Source of the DNA: Tricharina praecox
Taxonomy: Eukaryota
DNA: 64,000 bases
NCBI RefSeq assembly: GCF_024521635.1
Contig: NW_026250419.1
Coordinates: forward strand, 496,001-560,000
Direction of reading: 5' to 3'
Under the pieces are notes generated by a model that was given only the letters and a program-made list of their open reading frames with translations, was not told the origin of the DNA and searched no databases. Positions 48,849 through 61,568 of the stretch are shown piece after piece. The number at the start of each line of letters is the position of its first letter. Positions within the stretch are counted from its first letter, which is position 1. The position numbers were made by a program, and so were the translations under genes.

Positions 48849-50955
48849 TAAAGTTACATCCAGATAAGCTTTCGTTATTAAAGTTCGAATGGCTCAGGTG
48901 GATAGAAATAAATTACCTGAACTCGACGGATCTGAACCACCCTAGTGGTGCGAAGAGTGTGAAGAAACGCCGAGTCGCCATGAATAATCCTAAGACCGGT
49001 ACCGGTATTCCGGCGGAATTTCGTGGGATTTTTGAGTATCTACGGATTTGGTTGCGCACTAGGGCCGAGGGGATGATGCTTAGCTCGAGTCCTCGTAATT
49101 TGGGGAAGGCAGTAACTATTGCTGAATTGACTTTTCCTAGACTTGGTGTCCCTGGAATCGACAGCTGGGCGGGGTTAACGTGCACCACGCACATGGCCAG
49201 AATCGAAGAAATCACAAGAGTCACTCGGCTTTACAGGGGTACATTGTTCGTGTTACTAAGCAGAAATGACTGTCGCGCTCTGTTGTCTGCCACCACCATG
49301 AGAGGAGCGACATGTAGGATAACTAGAGTACATTAGGTATACAGATGTGGGATCAGACAAGATAAGTGTAAGGCTAGTCGGATCGGTGGGTCCGAACGGC
49401 GGTGATAGCCGGCCAAGCCAGATCGGGTGGCACTGAACGTTATGGCTCTTCGAAGTTCGAAGTTTAATAGGACCTCAACTTCTCTATCATCCTTCATTTT
49501 CGCCGTTTCGCTTCGCGAGCTACGTCACTTCTACGACGACAATAGGTATTTACAGAGGTACGCGTCCCCAACCATATGGGCTGTACTCTAGCTAATTGCC
49601 GATTCAACGGAAACAGTGGTCTCCTGCCCTGTCGTTGGGAAGCTCAACAATCATCACGAATGAAATTCCGAGGCTGACTGTAGTAGGTAGCTAGAACAAA
49701 TGGTCGGTTGGTCGGATCGCATGTCCTTACATACTGCTCGCCTGGATATCGACCGATACGCTGACAAAGCTTCAGAGATAGTAATCACATATATCTCCAG
49801 CATTCGTATGTACCGTACGGGCCCCCGGAACTATCTTCTTCTTCTTCTTCTGGGGCTGTCGATTCGGTTTGCTTTTCTGCACTCAGCCTTCCACTAGAGC
49901 ACGTCCTCATCTTTGGCAGGAACATACGGATGGCAGGTGGGGACGGGCTCCTAGCATAGAGTACCGTCTTCCGGGCTGTAACAGCTAGATGAACCTCCGG
50001 GTCGCGCTGGGCAAGTCACCATATGACTCCGCAGAGCCATCTCAAGTTTCAAACGACCAATAATCGCGGTTCGTTCGGTAGCAAGGTTCAAGATGGCGAT
50101 GCAGGCAGATGGGATACTCGGCAGCTCGGTGGGCCCTGGGCAGAGTTCCCTCTGCCGACTGTAGCAGTCGTCAGCTACATATAACTATCACCTACGTACG
50201 TAGGGGCTCTGGCAAACCGTACAAGGCTGCGAGGGATTAATCGATGATCCCGCAGTCTTGCAAGTCTAATCAGGGATTATCCATCGTTATCGCATGGTTG
50301 ACAACGTAAACGGTACTTCCCGCCCAATAACCACGGACGGGATCATGGAACGCGTTCGCCGCCGCATGTACGATCGACGTCGCGGTAGAGTTGCGCCGGC
50401 CGCTAGCCTGCTGCTGCTGATGCTCGTATTCCGGTGGATAAATATCCCACCCGTGACCCAAGTCTCCACCGTAACTAGCTGACAGACCACGGCAGCCTAT
50501 CACATCCACTGCCGAAACTGGCTTCATTGGAAGTCACCCGCTCTTGATTTCTCAGCAAGGGAAAGTTTTTATTTAGTTCGGAGCTACCACTGGAACTATC
50601 CGCACGTCACTAGGAGTCACCCGCTAGGCGTTGATTTCTCAGCAAACGAGAAACTTCGTAGTTCGGGTCGGGATCTTGGAACGGACGTGGAGAGACTTTG
50701 TGCCGACTTTTCCTGTAGTGGCCCGGTTATGGGCAAGTGGTTACCTTTTTAGCGTGCACGTTGCGGGAAGCATGGGTAAGTCTTGGACATTGGCGTGTGA
50801 TCGGCCACTGCGTTTATCTTTTCGGCAAGTCGGAGTGGCCGCTGTATGGCGGGGTACAGGTACTTAAGAGCATGGCTCCCTCGTGGGTGGGGAAAGGTAC
50901 AGACAACATCTACACAAACACTTATACCCAGCTTCCACCAGACCTCAAATCCAAC

Positions 50956-51800
50956 ATGACAGTCACCACCGAATCCAATGGCAATGGCAAGTTCATCGCG
51001 TCTCTCCCCCACCTTCTCGGACTAACGGCTCCCCTCCAGGCCAAACCGCCGCCTGGTCCGCCTCCAACCCCCAATTCACCCTCTATTCGCACCGTGTTGG
51101 CCCGAACGGCTTCAAAGTCGCGCAGGTCCTCTGCGAGCTCGGCCTGCACTTCCGCACCATCTTCCTCGAATTCGGCACCGGCGAGAACGGCATCAAGTCG
51201 CTCGCCTTCGAGGCCATCAACCCGAACGGCCGCATCCCCGCCCTGGTCGACCACAGCGCCAATGACCTCGCCGTGTGGGAGAGCACCGCTATCATCACCT
51301 ACATCGCGAAGAAACACGACACTGAGTTCAAGGTGTGGGCGCAGAGTTTCGAGGATCAGGCGCTGATCGAGACTTGGCTCGCGTACCAGCTTTCCGGTCA
51401 GGGCCCGTACATCGGACAGGTCCGTCCCCACCCCCCGCGACCGCTCTAGAATCGTAGCTGACGGCGAGATACCCAGGCAATGTGGTTCAGCTACTACCAT
51501 TCTGAGCAAGTGCCCAGTGCTACCGCACGGTACATGGCCGAGACGCGGCGTGTTCTCGGCGTGGTCCAGAAGCAGCTTGAGCGCGAGAACAGCAATGGCT
51601 GGCTCGTGCTCGGCCGCATGACCGTTGCGGACCTGTCGTTCGTGCCCTGGTACAGGCTGCTGTACAGGCTCGACATGAACGTCGAGGAGGAGTTCCCCGT
51701 CGTGTGGGAGTGGATGAACAGGATGATCGAACGTCCCGCTGTCAAGGAGGCGTATGAGGGCTCCGTGTGGCCCCCTGTGGGCGAGAAGACGAAGGTGTAG
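50956..51800 (+). CDS. Glutathione S-transferase (Ure2/GST-II-like); exons 50956-50986, 51040-51419, 51477-51800
   Basis: Motifs FTLYSH..GPNGFKV, INPNGRIPALVDH, VWESTAIITY, QLSGQGPYIGQ and RMTVADLSFVPW. The first intron is GC-AG. Confidence 0.9.
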
Positions 51801-52270
51801 ATTGTACTTAGATACCCCGGGCGTGGAGAGCGATGTGTTGTGCGCGTATGTATACATCAGTAGGGCCATATAGAATCAATACTTGTCTACGGACCCTAGT
51901 ACCTACCTCGTTTGATTCCAGCAGGGCCACATGGTGACCAACTTGAACGGAGTACATACACGGGTAAAAAGCGTGGCAAACGAAGTGATTTCGGGCGCAG
52001 CGGGAGTGGCGAAGGGAATGATTAAATTGAAGTTACGAGCCAGCCTTTATGCAGCCTATCTAGACTATGAAGATACGGTATACACACTCTGTTACGAGAA
52101 AGCATCGCTGTATCCTCAGAATCCCGCGAGTACGGTAGATGACGGAGTGATCGCCTACGAAAGCACTCCTGTGGGTATCACAACGAAAGACCCCTGACGA
52201 TTATAACAAAACATTTCAAGCTCCAGTAAATCAGTAAACCAAGTCTACCAAACCCGCATCATTGTCCTAC

Positions 52271-53095
52271 CTACGGCACCTCACACGTGCCAGCGCCTCC
52301 CCTTCCACCGGCGGTCTGCATGACACAATACTTGGTCATAGCCGCAGTCTCCTTCTCCGTCTCCGTCTCCCTCACCGTAGCCGTCTCCCTCACCGTAGCG
52401 GTATACATAACCCTCGCCGTCACCACCGCCTTCGTCGGCCACAGTCCACAAGTCTGCCCCGCTGCTCCCACTGCCCCCGCAGCACAATCCCCCACCCCCA
52501 TACCTGCCACAGCATCCCCCGCCCCACCGCGCCGTGTCAGCGTCAGTATGCACACGACCATGATAACGGTAGCGCACATGGACGGCCACAGGTATCGCAG
52601 GCCGTAGTGCAGCGAGCCGGTCCAGCGGCGCCGCGGCTGTGGGACCAGCCCGAAGCGCTTCAGCGTGCCCAGGATCTGGAATACGTGGGATAAAGACTCC
52701 AGGAGCTGGAGAGATTTGGAGCCCGCTCTGCTGCTGCCGCTGGAGGGCGCGCTGGTTGGTGGGCAGGGGCAGCTTGCGGGTTGCTGTGCTGCGGCTGGCC
52801 CTGCGGCTGGCCCTGCGGCTGGCGCGGCGGGGGTAGAGGGTGTACGGCAGTCGCAGTTGTGGCACGCTGGCCCCGTGGGCGCGGTAGGATCGGTAACGTT
52901 GTGGGAGGGCAGGCATGACGGCCCGTGGCCGTGGTTGGGAGCCCTGCTGCCATCAGGGTTGGTCACGTTAGTAAACAGGTTCTTTAGGGAATCTACTAGC
53001 TCTGAAAAACTCTGGATTGTGACGTCAAGTGCGGGTCTGCCTGCGGCGGCGGCTGGGGCGGCGGCGGCAGGCGTAGGTGGGGGGTTGTCTGCCAT
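52271..53095 (-). CDS. Hypothetical Pro/Ala-rich protein with Cys/His cluster, one predicted TM helix and Thr-rich C-terminus
   Basis: Open ORF from MADNPPPTP; contains CHNCDC, the hydrophobic stretch LWPSMCATVIMVVCILTLT and TATVRE repeats. No family recognised. Confidence 0.45.
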   Translation of the reverse strand: MADNPPPTPAAAAPAAAAGRPALDVTIQSFSELVDSLKNLFTNVTNPDGSRAPNHGHGPSCLPSHNVTDPTAPTGPACHNCDCRTPSTPAAPAAGPAAGPAAAQQPASCPCPPTSAPSSGSSRAGSKSLQLLESLSHVFQILGTLKRFGLVPQPRRRWTGSLHYGLRYLWPSMCATVIMVVCILTLTRRGGAGDAVAGMGVGDCAAGAVGAAGQTCGLWPTKAVVTARVMYTATVRETATVRETETEKETAAMTKYCVMQTAGGRGGAGTCEVP

Positions 53096-53494
53096 GGCTA
53101 TACGGATATTGATATCGAGAGGAGGATGGAGGGGAAGGGGGGGGGGGGGGATACCAATAATTTTTTTTGATTGAGGGATACTTTGAGCCTTCCAGTGGAA
53201 GGGCATGGACCGTGAGCCAGCGACTTTCATGCGGACTCGGGAGTTGATGGCGAGACTCGGGATGATATCACAAAGAATAGCGACCTCGTGATAATGCCAG
53301 TCGGTAGTAGAACATTCTCCGGTTCACCACCACAACCTCCTATATACATACGAAAAGCGGGATGTGCATGTAGGTATGAGGTATGTACTTCGTTGGTGTG
53401 CACAAACGATGCTGCCCGCTGGATCAGATGGTCGCTTCCCGAATCATCGTCTTCCACGGTTCCAGACGCCGAGTCATCTTTGCTGACAGATATG

Positions 53495-55828
53495 GAGAGT
53501 ATGTACCTTTTATATACCATGGAATACGGAGGCAACCTTTTATATACCATGAATACCATGACGGGAATATAGCGACCTTTATTATGGCCGCAACAGGCGG
53601 GCGACAGGCGGTCAGAGTCTGGTGTGAAAATAATATTGGTAACTGCGAGCGGGCATGTGCGCAACATTGCACGGAGCGGAAAATCCACCACTCATGAAAT
53701 CCGTAACACAGAGCGGAAAATAAATAATACACAAATGAAACTGCTATGCATTCTTTTTTGTCCGAAGTTTGCAAGTACCCGCCTTATGCCCCGGCCTTCC
53801 ACAACTACCACAATGTTGCTGAGTTCTACCCGATGCTCTGGCCGCCGCCGCGCGTTGCCCTGCAACCGCCGCACGCGCCTGCTGTCGTTTCCCAATAATT
53901 TGACGATACTATCCAGCGGGAGCAGGTGGATGGCAGTTGTTGGCTTCTGAGGCAATCGCGCCGGGTATGATAAGGTGAGCGGCACCATGAAGGTTTGCAG
54001 TGCCATCCGCCGGGAGGGGTGGAGTAAAAAACGAATGGCCGCATGTTTTGACTACAATGGATGATTAGCAACTACTACTTCAATGGTAAGAAACCAAAAA
54101 ACAACTAACCTGTAGGTGCTATTCCAACGAGCGTAGGTAAAGGTTTCGAGTATAAAATCAACAGTATCCTTTCAGAGTTCAAGAATAAGTGCTAGAGCGT
54201 GGCTGCACGGTAGTAGATTGAGTTGAAACTGTTTGCAGGTACACGTACGGGCCGGTAAGTCTACCGCATACTGGATATGTTCGGTATCGTGAACAAATCC
54301 AGTATCCTCAGGCTCACGAGTGACAGTATGTAAACGCGCAATACGAACATCGTTGTTGATGAGTTTCTGGATACGAGGAGTGATAGTCTGTCCAGGCGCA
54401 GGATTCTGGGCAAGTTCATAGCGTTCCTGGCGTGCTCCCATCTCCTGGTGTCAAATACCATCCAACAATTCAAAGATCCCCAGCTCTCGAAGGTCTTTGA
54501 GCATGTTGAGATTTTCGACTGCGTTCGATGTTTGTTACCCGCAGCGACGATGAATTCCACCCGGAATCATTCCGTCGACCCAAAGCGTAGGATCGATCTT
54601 CGCAAGATAGTCTGCAGCAGTAGGTTTCTTCTCACGCAGTACGCTCATATCCGCATCGTAGGCAACACGGTTGATTGCCCGAGCCAAGCTCCAGAAGTTG
54701 ACTTTAAAGTCTTCATGGCCATTCTTCTCGAAGTTTCGTCGCAGATGCTCCAAGCAGAAGAGCCGTGTAGCTGTAGGACCGAGAACATCTTCCGCCGACT
54801 CGAGAAGCGCTTTATCGCGGTCGCTCATGATCGTAGCCGTGCAGACCTCCGGGATAGCAGCTTTCAGATGCGAGAAGAAATACCGCCAGGAGTCTTCGTT
54901 CTCGCTCTCGACAACGGACCATGCGAGGAGCATGGACTGTCCATTGGCATCGATACCGCTCGCAACAAGTAACGTTTGTGGATAAAACACCTTCAAACAT
55001 GTGCCGTTGATGGCCGTGAACTGCCGCGATTGTGCGAATGCGTGTCGCGACTCAGCCGGCGAAATAAAAATACGTTGGAAATCTCGTTTTCGCGGGTTTT
55101 TTGGTGTTGCCGAAGGCAGTGTTGTCAAATCGATAAAACAGTTTGGACTGTGCAGCTTGAGGGCGTGGAGATACGCCGGAAGATGAAAGAACTGAAGAGC
55201 GTGAGCGGCACTGCTGGATGCTACCAAACTGTTCCGGCACTCGAGCGCTGCATTGTAGTTGACTGTTTCTCTATGCCGAAACTTGACCGCGGCGATGATC
55301 TGTTCGGGGGTGACCTTTCTCGTGACGTGGAGAAGTTTCGACACCTCTCGTCGCAACCATTCCTGGCTGTTGACATGACTGTGTTTTGCAGTTTTTCGGG
55401 CGGGACAGGTGTGAAGCGGCTTTACCCGCCGTACCTCGACTCGGTCCTTTTGTTGCGTCGCATACACTCGGAAGGGACATGGCTTTTCGCGGTACTGGTG
55501 GCATCGGTAGTCGACTCGTGTGCGGTCTTTGGGGTGTAGCCGCGTGGAAAAGTTCTCGGCCGTGGCCCACGCCTCGACTGCTTGCTTCAAGGCAAGAAAG
55601 CATTCGAAAGATGATGATGATAATGATGGCGGAAGGACAAAAGAGTTGCCCCTTTATTTTCTCACCAGACTCTGACCGCCCGTAAGCTGTCGCCCGCCCG
55701 TAGGCTGTCGCCGCCATAATAAAGGTCTGTGGGTCAAACTGTATCCCTGTCATGGACTCATGGTATTCATGGTATATAAAAGGTTGCCCTGTATTCCATG
55801 GTATATAAAAGGTACTATATGTACTCTC
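53495..55828 (-). mobile_element. Mutator-like (MULE/MuDR) DNA transposon, 2334 bp, with long TIRs and 9-bp TSD
   Basis: The left end GAGAGTA..GTACCTTTTATATACCATGGAATAC...GGTCAGAGTCTGGTG (53495-53633) is inverted at 55653-55828. Flanks are ACAGATATG (53486-53494) and ATAGATATG (55829-55837). Confidence 0.93.
54110..55590 (-). pseudogene. Decayed MULE transposase (MuDR DNA-binding domain, DDE core, SWIM finger)
   Basis: Motifs CPFRVYA..HTC, FQRIFI, AINGT (normally DGT), IMSDRDKAL, CLEHLRRN, TSNAVE and CTCKQFQLNLLPCSHALA all lie in one frame. In-frame stops at 54535-54537, 54451-54453 and 54172-54174. Confidence 0.88.
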
Positions 55829-56283
55829 ATAGATATGGGGTACATACCTCATAGATACGTATTGTACATACGGAAACGCGACGTCCCAAGACCGCACGGC
55901 TCTGGTTAAAGAAGCGTCTAAACGGATATATGCTGTGGGCCGTGGCTTCCGGAAAGCTGGCATGGGGGTTGATTTATCGAAAACAGTTCACCACCACGTA
56001 GCGTGATTTTGGATGTTGCGGGCGCGGCGTGTTAGGGAGGACATTTGGTAAGTTTCGGTGGACGGACATCGATCTTTTCCGCATACTTAGAGCTACCGCT
56101 CCTTCTTGATGATTTTCAGTTGGTATTTCTTTGCTCACTTCACACGAATAGAGAAACAAGTAGTAGGTAGCACACGAACACGCCTCAGGCATGCTATTCA
56201 CACACACTATGTATCAAACAATGTATTTACAAGAACACTCCTCTCTCTCCCTTTTCTCCTCTCTTCTCTTCTCTCTTCTCCGC

Positions 56284-57818
56284 CTAGTTCCAGTAGCTCC
56301 TGTACCTTCCAGCGGGGGTGCACGCGGGAACCTTCGACTTTCCACTGTAGGTAGCAGTGACGGTGACCGTCTTCTGCTTAACAGCCGTGGGGGAGACAGT
56401 GACGGTCTGGTAGACGGTAGTCGCAGCGGCGGTGGTGTCATCGACGTACTCGGTCGCAGTGTTGGTGGGGTAGACGGTCAGCGTGAACTTGACGGTCTGG
56501 ACCATGGTGCTAGTGACGCTCTCGATGCGGGTGGAGACGAGGGTGGATGTCATGACGCCATCGGTGCCGATGGAGGAGTAGGACTCTACGGGCGCGGCGG
56601 TGGTGGGAACGGGGGTCTCGTACACAGGCGCGGTCCCGTACACAGGCGCGGTCCCGATGGGGATGCTGACGATCACGGTGGTAGTCGGCTCGGCGCTGTA
56701 GCTGTCGACGGCGGTGGTGGAGGCCGTCTCAGTCGGGTACGACTCGGCGCTGGTCTCGGTCGGGTAGCCGACGAGGGTGGAGAGGAGCTCGGTGGGGATC
56801 GCGACCGACCAGGGGAGGGTCGAAGGGAAGTAAGAGGTGCTGTAGTTTCCGTGCGCAGACGCGGTGGAGGGCTCCTCGGTGGGGTAGGCCGCAAGGGTGG
56901 TGGAAGCCTCAGTGGGGTAGGCTGCGACACTGGTGGAAGCCTCAGTGGGGTAGGCTGCAACACTGGTGGAAGCCTCAGAGGCGTAAGAAGCGACGCTGGT
57001 GGAGGCAATGGCCGCCGCGGTCGAGCTGGCGGAAGCGCCACCGCCTTGGTAGACGGGAGGGCCGGGGATGACGTAGGAAGTGGGCACCGGGTAGTAGATG
57101 TTCAGAAGGATACCAGCATCGTCGGACGAGTATCCACCGGGGAACTTGACGGTATCGGTGGGCACAGCAGTACCGGTACCGGTGATCACAAGGTTGGCGC
57201 AGACGGGGTAGAACTAAGGCGATAATCAGCATATGTTTTTTTGTGGGATTGAGTGAAATGGGAGGTACAAACCTGAGCACCGTTCACAGTTCCAGCGGAG
57301 TGAAGGGCCAACAGCTCGTGACGGAGCAAGTAGTTACCGGGCGCGATGTCGGAGGGGATCGAGGCGGTGTAGGTCGAGCCATCGTTGATGATTGAATCCG
57401 AGGCCCATGTTCCATCTGCCAGGAGTCCGGCCTCGTCGATCTTGAAGAAGTCGAGGGTGGTGGCGTCAACCTCGCTACAATCGCCATTGCAGTTGGCCAT
57501 ATAGGTCATCACCGGTCCACGGTGGCTCTCGGGCCACACGGTCCACGAGAACTTGACCGACGAACCGGCAGCAGCGGTTGCGGAGATGGCGCCGGCCTTG
57601 GAGTCGGCGTTACAGGCGATAGCGGCGGAAGACACGTCCTCGACGGGCCCGTTGGAGGAAACGGTCCATCCGATGAGGTCGGGGATGGGGTTCAAGTACG
57701 GAGTGCTGTATGGGTTGTACATGTCGTACAGCTCGTCACCGATGGTGAGGTTGCTGACGATGCCATGTGCCATAGTGGCAGCGGCGAAACCCAAGGCCGA
57801 GATGATGGTAGACTTCAT
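56284..57818 (-). CDS. Secreted AA9 (GH61) lytic polysaccharide monooxygenase with long Ser/Thr-rich C-terminal extension; intron 57214-57272
   Basis: Signal peptide ...AATMA|HGIV gives His1. Motifs WPESHRGPVMTYMA, FFKIDE, PGNYLLRHELLALH and GAQ|FYPVC (spliced), then FPGGY...PGP. Confidence 0.95.
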
Positions 57819-59199
57819 TGTGATTTTGTAGTTGGGTGAATATAAACGCAGGTTTGATGGTCGCTCAGCGAGAAAGAGTGTGGGATGTCAAAGGCGTCGA
57901 GCCTGAAGAATCAAAGCAAAAAGGAATGGAATAGCGAAGAAGCCTGCGTCTAAGGAGTGACAGTGAAGTGGTGAAGAAGTTTCCATGGAAGGGCGAAGCC
58001 CGGTACTTTATACACTCGAACATGCACCGGCAGCGATCTTCAGGAGGCCACTACGGACTTTTTTGCAGTCGTCAGGCCCCCACGATGCGAAGTGACACAG
58101 CACTTTATTTCTCCGTACATACCCGGCATGGGGGTCGAAGCGGGGACCAAACAGAACGAAGGATGGCGGACTTTTCCAGGCGATTGTTTGGCTGTTGTCG
58201 ATGTTAGTTGGTAGTTACTAGTAACTAGCACCCTCATCACTCATGTACTCTCCGATGCAGGCGGTACCGCGGATAAAGTGCCAAGTCGTCCACCGGCCAT
58301 AGCTCCCCAGTTGGAAGCTTGTAGAGTAGAGTAGGCGGAAGTGGGGCCCTCGTATGTATGAAAGGTAGGCGGTAGGCGGAAGAGGCATGTCGACATGTCG
58401 GTAGAGTAGAGATGTACTCTAGGCGGGGGAGTCCGCGCGATGTGTGATGGTTGATGCGTGATGTGATGAATGCCAGAGTATTACCAGGTAGTTGCTGGTG
58501 CCACTCGGGCTAGTGAAACCACTAACCCGCCCGCCAACGTTTCATGCCAGCCCGTGTTACACTCGCTAACATCCGACCCTTGCCAATGGCACTCTAAAGT
58601 CGATGCAGGCCCTGGATTTGCCCTGCGATCAGATTAAAGGGTGCACATGTACCGGCTATAAGGCGTGGGGTCGGACTGTTGTCATCGCGAGCACTCAGGA
58701 GTTTAGACATGCTGGCGGGATTGGGTAACTATCAGGGTCAAGTCGGCTCGCAACCTCATCGCGAGCACTCTAGAATGCACATGCTAATGAGTATAGTAGG
58801 CATCTATCAGGGTCAAGTCGGCTCGCAACTTCATCACGACCACGTTATTCCTCCCAAACTGGCGTTAATATGTATACCCGGGAGCTTGCGCAATCATCGT
58901 TGCTTCCCGAATACCCGGATAAACACGAATACCGCCTTGCAAGCCCCAGCCGCCGCCGTCGTCGTTATCGTCAGGACCGACACATCGTAGGGTCACAACT
59001 CGTCAAGGCACGGAATGGGATGCCGGAGCGAAGCCGAGATCTCTTCAGGTGCAGTTTCACAGCGACCCAGAGCCGCGAGGGCGATATGCTAGCCGGTACC
59101 TACATAAGCAGAATTCAAGTGCAGGTACATACACACCTACACGTGCAATCCCGGCTACGGAACGGAGGCGCCCCGAAATGTCGATTCTCAGTGCCGTCT

Positions 59200-59243
59200 C
59201 TTGCCCCTCTTGCCCCTCTTGCCCCTCTTGCCCCTCTTGCCCC
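59200..59243. repeat. (CTTGCCCCT)n 9-mer tandem repeat
   Basis: About 5 units are visible. Confidence 0.85.
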
Positions 59244-61568
59244 CAACCGAGATCACTCGCGGCTCTTGCAGGAAGGTGGCCGCCGTGGAGAACTGGCTAA
59301 TATACGTGCCGCCATGCCGCATAATTAAGGTATCTCTCCCCTTTCCATGCGGCAGGCGGGGGGTGCGTATTTGCTGCATCTTCTTGCTCGGCCGGCAGGT
59401 CCTTGACGAGGCCTGAGCCCCCAGTCTCATATTGGTACCTGGCATCAGAGCGGAAAAGTGTGCGAATATTGTACCGGGGGCCGATAACTATCATTATTCT
59501 GTGTATGTATATACATACATACTGGTCATCTAGGTAGTTGTACATAGCTGCGAGCATGAATCCACCCCAATATCCCCGAGAAGATCGAATTATGGAAAGA
59601 AAGAGAAAAAAGCCGCTACCTACTCCAGAGGGCCAGGTCAGGAGTGAAATAAAGGAGTAAAACCATGGGAAAGATCCAAGTGGAAGCGCGGGAGATAGCC
59701 AGCCAGCAAGCCAGCCGGCACTGTATATCCAAGGCGCAGTATATCATATATAAACCACGTAAACTCCCGCCCGCCCCATTTCGAGCCGGTCCATCCGTGA
59801 CAGGAAGAATTGACACGAAATCCCGCAAGTGGCGAAGACGGGATGCAATCTTGTACGGGGGATGGGGGATGGGGGTCCCCTAGGTAGCCTATATAGTAGT
59901 ATGTACTCCCATGGTATACAGTCACTTCGAACCGCTCCACCGCTGGGATTTGATCGTCGTCGTGGTCGTCGTCGTGGATATAGCACTCCAACTTGCTGAA
60001 TCCCCACCCAACATAGTGGAACCTTCCGATAGTTGGTTATCCCCCGATCCTGGCGGCAGCGGCAATGCGGATTGAATCTATAGACCCTAGAGAAGACGCT
60101 CGGAGGAACTCCAGCGCGTTGGCAAAACCCGGGTTGACAACCGGTTAACTTCTGGACCACTGCTTGTGCGGATGTATAGTCTTTCCTTGGTAACAGTTCC
60201 GAAGACCTATCCCCTTGCATGAACAATCCAAGTCTCTTCCTATCAGTATTCATTGGGTGTTGGTCGATAAGATTATCAGGTTTAGGACAGCTAGATAGCG
60301 GCGGTGACGACGTAGAGTTGTAAATGTTGGTATACACCCTGAGTCCATGGACGCGTCTCCGCCCGTGTATAGTATGACTGTGACCACACTCATACGATAG
60401 CAACGATCTTCCATACCGTTCCCCAATTCCCGATTCCCGACCTCGACAATGCACAGGCTACAGCCCCTCAACCCTCCACTAGAAATTTCTAGGTCTGCGT
60501 AGTATCTATAATCACACCGGCGTTTCTCTGCCCCGCCGCGGCTACTTCGTGTGACGTCCCGCAAACCTTTCTTCGAATCGACTCGAGGGCTGAGTCGCTG
60601 CGAGAACCATTAGTACTTACCTATGAAGGTATGTATATAGGTTTTCCGAAAATCACCCTTGAATCCACCACTCCCCTCCGCTATGACGGTTCAGAGTCTC
60701 AAATGCAAATACCTAGGTTGGTACCTACAAAAGCACTCGACTCGGCTCCTGATGTCGCGTGAGGTATACCTACCTTCTACCTAGGCCAGTACTATATCTA
60801 CTCACTTGAGTGCCGGGACCGTACTTATATATAGACGGAGGGGTGAAGGGGTGTGTTTTCTCGGCATGAAGTTTTCCATCACGCCCTTTGCACAATTTAT
60901 CACTCGGGAAAACTCGAGTGAGATTACCGTATGCGGTGAGGGTTTGTGGGCCGGAGACGGCGGCGGTGCCAGTGCAACCAGACCATCGCTGCCACAGCTG
61001 CACACACGCACGCACGCACCACACGATAGACCAGCGCAAATACGGCGTGGACCCTAAGTATCACTGGAGAGTACTTGCTTTTCTTTTCTTTTCTTTCCGT
61101 CTGTTTCTTCGATGTCCAGTACGTAAGAAGATGAAGATGAAATTCCAGAAGGTGGACACCCTGTGCATACTAACTAAGCCGCGATACTCTAGGGTCCTGG
61201 CCGGCGGTCGCCTGTCAACAACTGAATAATTATCTTCCCACAGTACCGTATGGGGGGGCTGAACACGGCGCGCATCACATCGTATCACGCCGGCGACACA
61301 ACCGATACTGATATCTTGCGATTTGACCACATAATTTGCATCGGTCCCTACCCAACACGGATGGTAGACAGGCTACCTGGGGTGAGTTTGGCATGATCTC
61401 AATATAAGAAATAAACTAAAACATAATTTCCAGCCGTAAAACCAAGGTCCAACGTGTTCCATGCCGTGTCGCAATCTCGCAAAAGCCCCACCCTCCGACA
61501 TCCTTTTCCTACGTTTCAGCACAGTATAAGAGGCCCATCGTCGTCCTCCTCAAGTCAAGTACAAAAAC

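Noticed and set aside
50922..51869. 315-aa minus-strand ORF
   Set aside because: Antisense to the GST, with no recognisable motifs.
56191..57225. 344-aa Gly/Arg-rich plus-strand ORF
   Set aside because: Antisense shadow of the LPMO Ser/Thr tail.
58682..58836. CRISPR-like repeat-spacer array
   Set aside because: Only two units, a eukaryotic context and no cas genes.
59638..60564. Possible minus-strand gene or relic (overlapping ORFs of 104-236 aa)
   Set aside because: No recognisable domain or consistent splice model could be built.
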